The notes under the pieces are model-generated. The model was not told the origin of the DNA and did not search any database. It saw only the letters and a list, made by a program, of their open reading frames with translations. Position numbers and translations under genes: made by a program. A stretch of DNA of 64,000 nt from contig NC_067398.1 of the NCBI RefSeq assembly GCF_016432865.1, positions 363,506,001 through 363,570,000 on the forward strand, read 5' to 3'. The number at the start of each line of letters is the position of its first letter. Within the stretch, counting starts at the first letter, position 1. Below, one piece after another: positions 52,527 through 64,000 of the stretch. Origin of the DNA: Antechinus flavipes (taxonomy: Eukaryota).

Positions 52527-52660
52527 ACAGACACATTCATCATCAACGCCATTGACCTGGGGCCCTTAAAGAAGATTAGGATTCGTCATGATAACTCTGG
52601 CAATGCTTCTGGCTGGTTTCTTGATCGAGTGGACATCATGGACCAAAATAATGAAACCAC
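52527..52660 (+). CDS. LOXHD1: LOXHD1 exon (134 nt, phase 0-2), [44 protein letters not shown]
   Basis: cctctacag acceptor, AC|gtgagt donor. The ORF track shows only an off-frame ORF here. Confidence 0.95.
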
Positions 52661-53179
52661 GTGAGTGGGGGGCTAGCAGAGTCACAGACAAATGGCCAAG
52701 GCAAATTTTGTCCCTTTTGTACATTCCATTCTTTTTTTCTCATGCTTTAGGTGATCAACCTCAGATCTCACCCTCTTCTGTCATTTTGTCACTTAATGAT
52801 ACCCTTTGACATAATTAAAATAGACACCAACTTAAGTGATTCCAAGAACACAGGTGAAGGATTCCTCTATTCCAATTTAGTATAAAGTCTGTAGCAAAAC
52901 TAACTTTGGACTTTGAAACTTAGTCTTCAAATCTGGTCTATATGAAAATGGATGTCTCAGAATTAGGGAGGTACAATATGACAGAAGATTCTAGATCACA
53001 ATTTTATAGATGGGAACAACTTTGGTTTCTTAAATATTAAAGCTGGCCATTTTCTTCTCTCTCATCCCTAACTTATTACCAAGATTAACTCTTCTACTTA
53101 TTCAAATGATCCTATTCCATCGTGTCTCTCCCAGCAGATTGCCCCTTTTGTAACCCCTTCTCTCACTTATTTTCAGTCT

Positions 53180-53950
53180 CTTCTGCTGTACTGACTCATT
53201 TCCTATTGCCTATGTCTCCTCTATCCTGAAAAAAACCCTCACTTCATTCTTCCATTCTCACTAGCTATCATCTCATATCTGCCCTTTGTAGCTAAACTCT
53301 TCAAAAATGATTTTACAATAGGTGCCTCTGTTTTGTCTCTTCTCATTCATTCTTTCTTCTCAGTACCTTACAATTTGGCTTCTGAATTATCATTTCATTG
53401 AAACTGCTCTTCCAAAATTATTAATGATCTTTTAGTTGCCAAATATAATGGCTTTTTCTCAGTCCTGATTCTCCAGACCTATTTGTAGTTTTTGATACTG
53501 CTGTGATCAGTCTCTTCCCTATAGGTTTTCAGGACAACTTTCTCTCTTGGTTCCTCTATCTATCTATCTAACCATCTATCTAATCACTCCTTCTCTTTCT
53601 TTTGATGGATCCTCCTTCAAATCACTACCTCTAGCCCTAAGTATTCCTCAGGGTTCTATCCTGAACCCTCTTCTCTTCTACCTCTAAACTATTTCACTTG
53701 GTGATCTCATCAGCTCCCATTAATTTAATTATTATCTCTATGCTAATGATTCTCAAATCTACCTTTCCTGCCTTAACCTTTCTGCCGGTCTCCAATCTTG
53801 TAACTCCAAATTGTTTTTTAGACATCTTGAATTACATATCCAATGGACATCTTAAACTCAATATATCCAAAACAGAATTCACTTTATTCTCTCCAAGTTC
53901 TTCCCCACTCCTGCCTTCCCTATTATTGTAGAGTGCAACAATGTCTTCCA
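53180..53950 (+). mobile_element. LINE-2 ORF2 (RT region) fragment
   Basis: L2-typical motifs: ttgaaactgctcttcca..aatgatctttta.ttgccaaat, cctcagggttctatcctg, ctctatgctaatgattctcaaatcta. Confidence 0.75.
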
Positions 53951-55480
53951 AGTTTCTTTAGGATTTATATGTGGTAACTAGATGCCTAATCATTATAATA
54001 AAATTATTATTATTATTATTCAGTTACAAATTTCTCTTATGACATTGATCAGTTTTTTTCCCCTCTCTGGGGGGTTTCCCTTTACTCCCTTGTAAAAGGA
54101 TGGAAGCAGCATGGTGCAGAGGGGTTAAGACAGGTAACATACAACTCCAGGTTTAATCTCAGTTCCACCACTATGACTTCTAGTACTGTACCTCATCTCT
54201 TTAGATCTTAATTACTTCATCTGTAAAGTTTTGGTTCTATGATCCTATAATTAGATCATCTGGTCATGGAGATTCTATGATTCTTCCTATCATAATTAGA
54301 CCCTCTAAAAGCCAAAAGGCATTGGGATTATCTTGCTAAGGGATTTCAAACGCCATTATAATCATGGCAACAAATATCTAGGGATGATAAAATCTTCTCA
54401 GAACCCTTCAAAGAATTTCATGACCTTGTGAAACAGATCCTGAATTGGATTAGAGTGGATGTGCTTTCCAAAAGTAGAAACTCCAGTAAGTGAGGTTAAT
54501 TTTTTGACTGAGTATAATTTAAATGCAGAATTAGTTGTAAGCCTAAATCCCAATGTGGTATGGTGAAAAGCACTCTGAGTTTGGAGTTGGATTCTCTTCC
54601 TTACAATTTTGTGACTTTGGGTACATTATTTTCTCTCCTGTGGGCCCAAGTTTCCTTGACTAAAATATGAAAGCACAGACCTAAATGATCTATCCCTTCT
54701 AGATATAAGATCTTCTCTGGCTCTGACATTCATTCTGTAATCTAATAATTCCACAGGCAAGTTTTTTCCCCCTCTGATCTTCAGTTAACGATTAAATTAT
54801 CTAGCCCCTGCATTGAGGCACCTCCCTGGAGACTATCTTCTCTCCCTGCAGCTGCCCTAGCTTTTTTCTACTTCATCTCCTAAATCCCAAGCACTTTAAT
54901 CTAGTAACTAGTAATAAATCACATTTATGTAGTATTTTACAGAATACATAGCTCATTCATACCCTATATATAAAATTTGTTACCAACTACAGCTATAGAA
55001 ATAGCACAAGTTTTATAACCCCATTTGATACATAAGGGGAAAGAGGTTCAGAAAAATATAATGATAATAATAATAACAATTAGCATTCATATAGTACTCT
55101 AAGATTTGAAAAGTGTTTTATAAATATTATGTCTTTTTATCCTTGCAACAACCTTGGAAGATAAATAATATTACTAGTTTTATTTATAATAATATTATTT
55201 TACAAATGAAGAAATTGAAACAAGGCAGAAGTGAAGTGACTTGCCCATAGTCACGCAGTAAGTGTGTGAGGCCTAATTTGAGCTCAGGGCTTCCTGACAC
55301 CAGGTGGAGTGCTCCATCTGCTCTACTACCTAACTACTGACATGTCTAACATCATTAGAAGAACCAGAATTCAAGAATAGCTCAAAAGACCAAGCTCCGA
55401 CATTTGATGCATTTTTCTTATCCATGAGGCAAAGAAAGTAGATACAGTAGGATGAAAAATATTATTTTAAAGTAAAATTA

Positions 55481-55622
55481 GAGGCAGTTAGATGGCACAA
55501 TGTATCTGAAGTCAGTAGGACCTGAATTCAAATGTGACCTCAGACACTTAACACTTCCTAGCTGTGTGACCCTGGGCAAGTTACTGGACCCCAATTGCCT
55601 CAGCAAAAAAAAAAAAAAAAAA
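55481..55622 (+). mobile_element. WSINE1-like SINE with poly(A) and TSD
   Basis: gaggcagttagatggcaca...cccaattgcctcagc plus A-tail of about 20 nt; 12-bp TSD AAAGTAAAATTA at 55469-55480 and 55623-55634. Confidence 0.8.
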
Positions 55623-56018
55623 AAAGTAAAATTATATTGGTTCTGGATCACTTAATGTGGTCCTTCTAGGGCTAAGGTTGCTCAAATAGATAAATTGTCC
55701 AGGGGTTAGAACACAAACCTCAGTTAATTGATATTCTCATTAACCTATCAATTACCTATTCTAAGATTCTTGTGGGAAAGAGTTCAAGCAGAACTCCCTA
55801 AAACTTTGGGTCCTTTCAAGCAGTTCTGGCAACTTCTAGAGAAAAAAAAAAGTCTTTGTTGACCTTGCTGGGGATCCTATATGGCCATGTAGGAGGAGGT
55901 GAGGGCTTCAGAAGGTGTTCCTATTAATTGACATTGACAATGGCTCCCTCCCTATCTTCCAGAGACTCTCATAGAGTTTGAGGCGCCAGTCTACCATAGT
56001 TCCCTTGTCTCCTTTTAG

Positions 56019-56206
56019 GTACTACTTCCCGTGCCAACGCTGGCTGGCAGTCGATGAAGACGATGGGCAGCTCTCCAGGGAGCTGATCCCAGTGGATGAG
56101 TCATATATCCTGAAGGATGAGGGGAATGAAGAGGAAGAGGGCGAGGAAGGAGGAGGAGGAGGAGCTGAAGATGCTGGGCTTGCCAACCTGGCCCTGGATA
56201 TGAAAG
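56019..56206 (+). CDS. LOXHD1: LOXHD1 exon (188 nt, phase 2-1), [62 protein letters not shown]
   Basis: ctccttttag acceptor. The 3' end is inferred from the phase needed by the next exon (G+AT=Asp); donor AAG|gttccc is weak. Confidence 0.85.
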
Positions 56207-56589
56207 GTTCCCTTGACCTTGTACTGATTCATTCCTTCCCATCAACAATTGAGACTCCTAAATCCCTCAGGCTGTATCCCCTCCACATTCCGCTTCTCAC
56301 CACATGATTCAGCTTTTTCCCCACATAAACCCTCTTGGGTCTCTCTGGCATCCTCATTGGGCTGCATGTGCCATGTTCATTCCTGCCTCCGTATCTGTGC
56401 CTCCTTCTTGGAGTGCCCCATTAAAATCCAGCTTAAGTTACCACCTGAAACCTTCCCCCAAACCTCCAGCCTATATCAGATTCGCCCCCTGACTCCCCAC
56501 AGAAGCGATTACTTATGCTACATATTTGGCACTTACTCACACGCTATCCTGCTTTGGTCTCTAATTATTTCAATTCCATTACATTCAAC

Positions 56590-57330
56590 ATAGAGTTATC
56601 AAGTGCTTACTATGTGCAAGGCACTCTTCTATCAGTCAGCAAGTACTTATTAATGTCTGCTCTGCATCAGGTACCCTGCAAGGCCAGGGAGGAACATGTA
56701 CAAAGAATGAAATAATCTGTACTCACAAGAAGTTTACATTCTAATGGGGAAAAGATTCAAAATCACAAAAATATGTCACATAAATATAAAGTTAATAAAT
56801 ACATACATATACACACACACAAAGTAATTAAATACAAGGTAGTTTGGGAGGGAGGATACTAGCATTACTGAAGAGTGGAGATCAGAATATGGTGTTTGAA
56901 TGGCATCTTAAAAAAGAAAAGAGGTGGAATTCCACTGTGAGGTGGAAATAAAGAAGGAGCACATTCTAAGCATGAGCTGTTAGTGTAGAGACATGAAGAC
57001 AGATGTGTTATGAATGAGGAACTGAGAGAAAAGATCATTTTGGATAGTGGAGTGCGGGAAGATGCATAAGGAACAATAAGGGTGGAAAGATAGATGAGGG
57101 TCAAGTTGTGCAGGACTTTCAAAGCCAATCATAGGACTTTCTATTTTATTCTAGAGGCAATAGGAAATCACTGGAATAGGATGTCAGATGGTCAAGATAT
57201 ATAGTTAATGAAAATTACCTTGATAACAGTGTGGGATATTTGGAACAGGAAGATCAAGTAAAAGGTGGAATACTCTAGATGAAAAGTGATGAGGACCTGA
57301 ACAAAGATTATATTTCAGAGAGATGATAAA
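56590..57330 (-). mobile_element. LINE-2 3' fragment (similar pieces at ~5080-5650, 12080-12600, 61270-61800, 63770-64000)
   Basis: caagtgcttactatgtgcaaggcact terminal motif and purine-rich L2 body. Confidence 0.6.
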
Positions 57331-58504
57331 AGTAAAACAGCCATGTCTGGAATTTGAATGGATATGTAGAGTGAACTATTGTCTTTTCTCCACAACTTGT
57401 TCTTTAAGGAAAAGGCAAAGGCAAAGGTTTTATGGTTGGCAGTAATTACAAAAGTTTAGCTGGAGACTGATATCATGAGAATGGTCCATGCTAGCTGGTT
57501 AAAAGTGTCCTAACTCCAGACAGGGGACAGAGTGCTCTAGTCATCTCTAAGTCCCTAAGTCCATCTCTCAGCAGTATTTATTGGGTGTTCACTGTACGAT
57601 CCCAGAAAAAAGGGAGGATCCTGTTCCTGCTTTCAAGAAGTTTTCAGCTAATGGAGGAAGAAATGACCAACATATGTGACAAATACACAGAAATGGGAAA
57701 AAAGGAATACATGAAAACCATTCAGAGTTAATCAAGAGGCAGCATGATGATACGAGTAGAGGACAGATCTTAGAATCAGGAAGATCTGGATTCAAGTCCT
57801 ATCTATAACACATCGTGCTTGATTATAAACAAGTTATTTAACCTTTTGGTGCCTTTCCTAAGAGCTTAAATTATAGAGGTGTTGGTCTGCATTGATGGAG
57901 TTTCCATATGTAGTTCTCTGCACTAATGCATTAATGCAACCTCCTCACCCCCCAACCAAAACAAAAATCAGAGCTAATTATAGATATTCAGAGGCAGAAT
58001 ATTTAGAGTTTTCAGGACGGATTAGAGTGACTGATTCAGATAGAGCACACAAAGAAGGCTCTCTGGAAAAGGTGAGATTGAATTTTGCTTCTAGGAAAGG
58101 TCCTGATTTATCAGAAAGAAGGGAGAAAAATTCCACAGCTTGGCAGACAAAGTAAAAATATCCATAAAGAGCACTGGGACATTTGCTCATGGAATAGACC
58201 TAATTTCTCTGGTGGCAGCTGGTAGCTGAGCTATACCCATAGCCCATCCCCTTAGTTTATTCCTTACTCCCTCCCCATGACTCCCTTGAGGTCATGCAGA
58301 ATATCACCAGCTCCTGGGGAACCACTTTGGAAGCTCTTCCTAATGGCCATGGAGTCATGGAAATTTGCCTGGCCTGTGGAGCTGAGGTTATCTGACGGTG
58401 TCAGTGACCCATGGGCCACAATCCAGATTTGCCCTTTTCTCTCACCATTCCTGAGACTGAGAACAGCTCCCACTGCTCACACCTCCACGCCCCTCACCCG
58501 GCAG

Positions 58505-58609
58505 ATAAATCCACCATGTATTCAGTGACTGTGAAGACTGGTGACAAGAAGAGAGCGGGCACGGACGCCAATGTCTTCATCACTCTTTTTGGCACAGATG
58601 ATGATACAG
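58505..58609 (+). CDS. LOXHD1: LOXHD1 exon (105 nt, phase 1-1), [34 protein letters not shown]
   Basis: C-rich tract plus ggcag acceptor, CAG|gtaaaa donor. Confidence 0.94.
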
Positions 58610-60826
58610 GTAAAAACTCTGGATTTGGGAAGGAGACCTGATTAATTTAATTAATAATTTTAATAATAATTTAATAATTAATTAGTAAATTAAAATGTCT
58701 CTAGAAATTTGTATTGAATTCTAAAATCTACCTATAGTTTCCCTTCTAAGCTATAAGGGACATATTGGGAGTCATCTAGTCTGTCTTTCTGCCTTAAGGA
58801 AAGACTGCATTCTCCTCAGAGAAGGATGCTTCCTCTTGGGTAAAGACTGTATGACATTCTCTTGTGTAAGCAGCCTAGAGTTTTTCAACTTTTATAACTA
58901 CTATATAATCCTAGTCAATATCTCCTTTTTAGAACTTAGGAAAAAATTCCCAGAAGAATCACACAGATCAGTAACGCATAAAACAATAGAATCTTTTTTA
59001 ATGGTCTGTCTTCACTATTCAAAAGGCGGTTTACAGCTTAAATGAAAGTAGGAAGCCCCTGGATGGGGCAACAAGAAGAAAATGATTGGTGATATCTCCA
59101 GAGCTTCAAGGGTGGGAAGGATGTTCATACCACAGCAGGAGATGGAATGGAAATTAGTGAAGTGGACTTGATGATGCTTCTTCAACTGGGCCACTTTCAT
59201 ATTTGACCCATTCTACTCCACCAGGTTCCTTTATCATCTCTCTTCCTGATCAACACAGGGATACCTGGTTCTCATTTACCTCCCTAGCCCACTGAGGCAG
59301 CCAAGTAGTGAAAGCTTGTGTGGGGAAGAGTTAGTTCTCACTCAAGTCTTTCTGACTGATTTCCCATCTTTGAACTCTGAGGCAGGGAGAGTTTGGTATT
59401 GACTGAGAGAGATTTTGATGAATGAAATAGGAAAAGCAATTTGGAGGCATGATTTCTGGGGTATATTTCCAGAAAATGGCAGGGTGGGACAGGAGCCTAA
59501 GAGGAGGTTGTCAAGCAGGAAGGACAGATTATACCCAATGTCCAGGAAAGAAATAAATAAAAGCAAGAGAGGCTGATGGGTCCCAGAGAGGTTCATAGGC
59601 ATGAGTTATTTGGGACTATCACAGAAATTCTGTACCATATCTGACCTAAATCCATCTTCTTCCATTCTAGTCCCTTGTGCCTTTTTTTAGCCCCCTATTC
59701 TCAGCCCTGTTCATATAGTAACTCTTGATGGACTCGAAAATTATTAAATGAAAACCCTTTTCCCTCAGCCTTCTTTCCCTCAGGATAAATGTCTCTAGAT
59801 CTGTTAATAGGTCTTTCTACTAAGAGCCCCTTCTCAAATTGCACATTGCTTCCTTTGATTTCCCTATGGCCATCACTGAGTTTGCATTTCAAAATCTGAA
59901 TGACAGGGGCTCTGGACCCCAAACATGAGGGAGCTGATTGCTATGCTTTCCATCAGCTTCCTTTATTCCTCTCCTGACATTGGGAATTCTTGAGGGGTAG
60001 GGGAGATTGTGATTTTGCAAATCTTAAGCAAATATGACCAATAAATGTAAAGAATATCAAGCAGCTACTGGACAGAAGGTGCCAGCATCACTGGGCAATG
60101 CTAAGGAACCTGGAGACAGCAGAAACTTTCTTTCAATTCCCCTTCTCACGGTTTTTTTTTTCCCGCCAGCTAGCAACCTACTTCTTTAATCAGTCGATCA
60201 GCTGGCCAGTGATATAGTTAACCAGCTGTTAACTTTCTCAATACTTAGTAGATGCTCAGGCTTTACTACGTGTCCCCACTTAATAAGGAAGATGAAACAA
60301 GGGAAGTTGTTTCTGCAGACTGGGTTGCTGGTTAGAGAGTAGGGTCTATTAATCCCAAAAGAATCCTTATAGGAAACAAACCAGAGATATGATTCAGGGG
60401 ATATGCATGAGAAGACCAGGTGGACTTGGAAGGAGTTTTTAAATTCAGAAGAAAACAGGGACAGCTATTCATAAATACAGTTCAAATTCCAGAGTGACAT
60501 CAAGATCGTCACCAAACTCATAGGATTTTATAAATGAACCAAAGGCCAAAAGTGAAGTGTTTAGAGAACACAGCTCCTGGTGTGCCCTTTATTTTTTTCT
60601 GTCTCCCAAGAGGAATCTTGCAAGAACTCCCTTAGTCCTAGGAACATACCGCTTTCTGCCAAGGAAATGTTAAAGGATACCTGCCTTACCTCACGTCCTT
60701 TCCCAACTTCCCATGCCTTTGGGGAAAGACAGGGAGGGCTGAGCTACTGTCAGGCTGTAATGATTAGGTAGTTTTAGAGAATCCTGCATGTATGTGGTCA
60801 GTCATGTGGGGCCACTGCATTGGCAG

Positions 60827-60958
60827 GGACAATTCTCTTGAAGTCTTCCAAGTCCAGCAACAAGGACAAGTTTGAGAGAGGGAGCATTGAAATCTTCACG
60901 GTGGATGCATTTTACCTTGGAGAGCTTCAGAAAATCAGGATTGGTCATGACAATACAG
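60827..60958 (+). CDS. LOXHD1: LOXHD1 exon (132 nt, phase 1-1), [43 protein letters not shown]
   Basis: ttggcag acceptor with a poor pyrimidine tract, CAG|gtgagt donor. Confidence 0.92.
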
Positions 60959-62701
60959 GTGAGTCTTGTTTTTTTTGTCCCCCATTTCTTGCAAAGAACA
61001 TAAGACTCCCAGAAATATTACCCTGTTAGCCCCTGCTATCTATGACTCAGGGCTGTCTTTGAAAGGAGTACCTAGTGACAAATTGTGACCTGCGCCAAAC
61101 ATCTTTCCTGACTCCTCATATGCAAGGAGAGATTTGTTATCTAAACTCAACTTGAATCCATTAATATTTGCAATTTTCAACACTCAATCCTCCTATGTGG
61201 CCATTATTTGGAGCAGGGCCCTTATCACATCTTGTATAGAATTACAATAGCCCCCTAATCCCTCTCCTCTTCCATTTTCTTCCCTTTCCATTTTCCATGT
61301 AAGTACCAAATTGATACTCCTGATGGATAGGTATGAAGCATATCCCTCTCCTTCTCAAGAAACTTTAGTGGTTCCTAGAGAATACAAATTTCTCTGGAAT
61401 TTAAGCCTTTTATAATCCCATTCCAACCTGGTTTCTAGATTAATTTTATAGTATTCTCCTTCATACACTTTATATTCAAATCAACTTATTGCTCATAACA
61501 TTCCATCCTTGACTCTGTTCATTTGACTTATCACCCTATATCTTGTGTCACCTCTTGGATTTCTTAGCTCCATTCAAAGCTGATCTCAGATACTACCTTA
61601 CAACTAAGTGCTTTCCTAATCCACCCAGGTATTATTCTCTCACCTCAAATTTATCTTGCATATATTTTATATCTATTTAACTGTTTATATGTTATTTTCT
61701 CTCTGTCCCAAGATAATATAAACTCCTCAAGAGCAGACAATTTCATTTTTGTTTTCCTATCCCTAGCACTTAACACCTAGCCTGGGATATAATATAATCT
61801 AATTGTTGTTGGTTAAATAGAATTTTACCATCTCTTGGGAGTCAAGAGTCTACTATTTTTACATCCAGTAAAGACTTCCTTTTGATTTACTCATGTACCC
61901 TTGGGGACACACAAATCTTAGAGTTTCTGAATTTTGAGAATCCAGCTATGTCCTTCTCCCTCTCTTATTTGTCCCTATTCCTCCAACCTTCTCTACTTCC
62001 ACCCCCATTTTCTTGTCTTCTTTTTCATTTCTTCCTGTGTTCTCATTAATGACACATATGTATGGCCTGCCGAAGAAAGACAGCTTTGCACATACCCAGA
62101 GATGGACCAAATTGCATTTGCTTTCCTGTTGCCATCTTCCTCCTTTCATGATAGTAATTAATTGGGTCATCAAAGGAATCATACTCCTCCTTTCCCTCTC
62201 CTCACTAAAAGCTCCTGCTATTCATCTTAGAGTAATTTCCCTGTTTTCAAAATGGGCCCTGAGAGAAATCACAAAGTCTGTAGGATTTGTTTTTGGTGTA
62301 TCTTTAGCTTCCTCATTCTGAGTGGTTCTTCCCTTACACTATAATGCTATCCCTTCCTTTCCTTGGATTTTACCATTATCCCCATACTCTGTCTCCCTTT
62401 CTCCTATCAGGACTAACTCTCACAATTCTTAGTTCACACCAAGATGTCAATGACAGAATAGCTTAGAGTGCAATCCCTCCCAAGAGTGTATGCATTTTTA
62501 ATTGGAATCAAGACCCAAATTAAAGGGATAAGACACTAATGGTGGATTTTCACACATTATCTAGTTGCTACAGGATGATTTGAGTAACTGGGTATTGGGG
62601 CCTTTTCCTTGGCCCTGAAATCTCACCAAATATAGAGAAAAAAAAACAACTTCAAATACTTCTCTGCCTACTTATTAGGCCAGTCTTGTATTTTTCCCTA
62701 G

Positions 62702-62866
62702 GCAAGTCCCCAGGCTGGTTTGTGGACTGGGTAGAAGTAGATATGCCATCCCTAGGAAAATGCTTGACGTATCCCTGTGGACGATGGCTAGGAAAAGAGG
62801 AAGATGATGGGTCCACTTACCGGGATCTTTTCCATGCAGAGCTCCAGACCAAAACTTATATTCCAT
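62702..62866 (+). CDS. LOXHD1: LOXHD1 exon (165 nt, phase 1-1), [54 protein letters not shown]
   Basis: tttttccctag acceptor, T|gtaagt donor. Confidence 0.95.
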
Positions 62867-63234
62867 GTAAGTATATAGTAGCTGTTCTTGTGTCCTCACC
62901 TCAAATGCTTCCTGTCTCTTTCCATTCAGCGCACTGTAAAATGGGCCAGCCCAGCTGGCTTTGGGTCTTCCATTTCTTTCACAAAGGGTCTAAGAAGGGC
63001 TGGCAAAGGGCTGACAGTATGATAAAGGCACTTGAAGAAGGGTCATAAAATCTGGATCCTTGTCTCCCCTTCATTACAAATTGGCTGTGTGACCTTAACC
63101 AAGTTACCTCTTTTGATCTGTTTCCACATCATAATATTTACTTTTGATCCCTCATAGAATTGTGGTATACATCAAAAAAGCTAATCTAATTAAAAACATT
63201 CTGAAAATACTAAAAGTGTAAAAATGCAAGTACA

Positions 63235-63485
63235 GTTAGGTGACACAGTGGATAGAGCACAGGGCCTGGAGTTGAAGAACTTATCTTCCTGAGCTCAAAT
63301 GCTGTCTCAGATACTTAATAGCTATGTGATCCTAGACAAGTCACATAATCCTGCTTGCCTCTGTTTCCTCATTTATAAAATGAGCTGGAGAAGGAAATGG
63401 TGAACCACTCCATTATCTTTGCCAAGAAAACCCCAAATGGGGTCACCGAGAGTCAGACTTGACTGAAAAGTAACTCAACAACAAT
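63235..63485 (+). mobile_element. MIR/Mar1-type marsupial SINE (other copies ~4840-5065, 26440-26585, 30830-31020, 33715-33965, 43920-44170)
   Basis: tRNA-derived head, CORE ctcatttataaaatgag, tail gccaagaaaaccccaaatggggtcac. Confidence 0.75.
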
Positions 63486-64000
63486 AAAACCATCTTCAGG
63501 CTCACCAACCAATTTTCATTCCATTCATTAATGCTCCTACCTTGCATATAATCACTTTCTTATTCATCCAGTAAAAGGATTTCTCCTGATACTTGGGCTG
63601 AGTTGGAGATTGGAAAGTATTCATAGAATCCCAGACTTTTATTGTTTTCTTGCTTTAGAGAGTACCTTGTGTAACCTGCACTCAAGCAAGAATTACTCCT
63701 TATAATATACTTATCAAATGGTCATCTAGCATCTTCAGTGAAGGCTGCTGGTGAGGGGGAACCCATTAGTTAGTCAACAATGTCAGCAATTATTTAGTAA
63801 GCACTTATTGCGTGCCAGAAACTGTGATAAACGCTGAGTTTACAAAGAAAGGTAAAAACATAGTCTCTACCCTCAAAGAGCTCATGTTCTATTAATCTCA
63901 CAGGAATGGCTCTAGTAGGGGTAGCGAGGGACTGACAAAGCCCTGAAGAAGAGTTAGATTTAAGCTGATTCTTGAAGAATACTTGGAAAAATGATAGGCA

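Noticed and set aside
58638-58696. AT-only quasi-palindrome just downstream of an exon donor
   Set aside because: Self-complementarity is expected from A/T-only low-complexity sequence.

Overview
Marsupial genomic DNA. Marsupial-type L1 ends, a WSINE1-like SINE and OC1-like hAT MITEs suggest a dasyurid such as Tasmanian devil (inference). The window holds the middle of LOXHD1 on the + strand. I traced 18 coding exons (6577-62866, 3057 nt spliced). All have AG/GT boundaries and join in one open frame, encoding seven consecutive PLAT/LH2 repeats (about PLAT3-PLAT9, roughly human exons 8-25 by recalled sizes). Start and stop lie outside the window. Introns are dense in repeats: one full-length, TSD-flanked, dead L1 in sense orientation (45469-51954), L1 3' fragments, L2, MIR/Mar1-type SINEs, hAT and Tigger MITEs, a decayed hAT transposase fossil, microsatellites and two assembly gaps. 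I found no clear evidence of a wholly new biological system. The best leads are cysteine gains in PLAT4/5, a very weak splice donor, a templated ~100-bp duplication bracketing one exon, the L1 beside a possible internal start, nested or horizontally transferred transposons, and two E-box-rich candidate enhancers. All comparisons to human LOXHD1 and to repeat consensus sequences are from memory, not computed.
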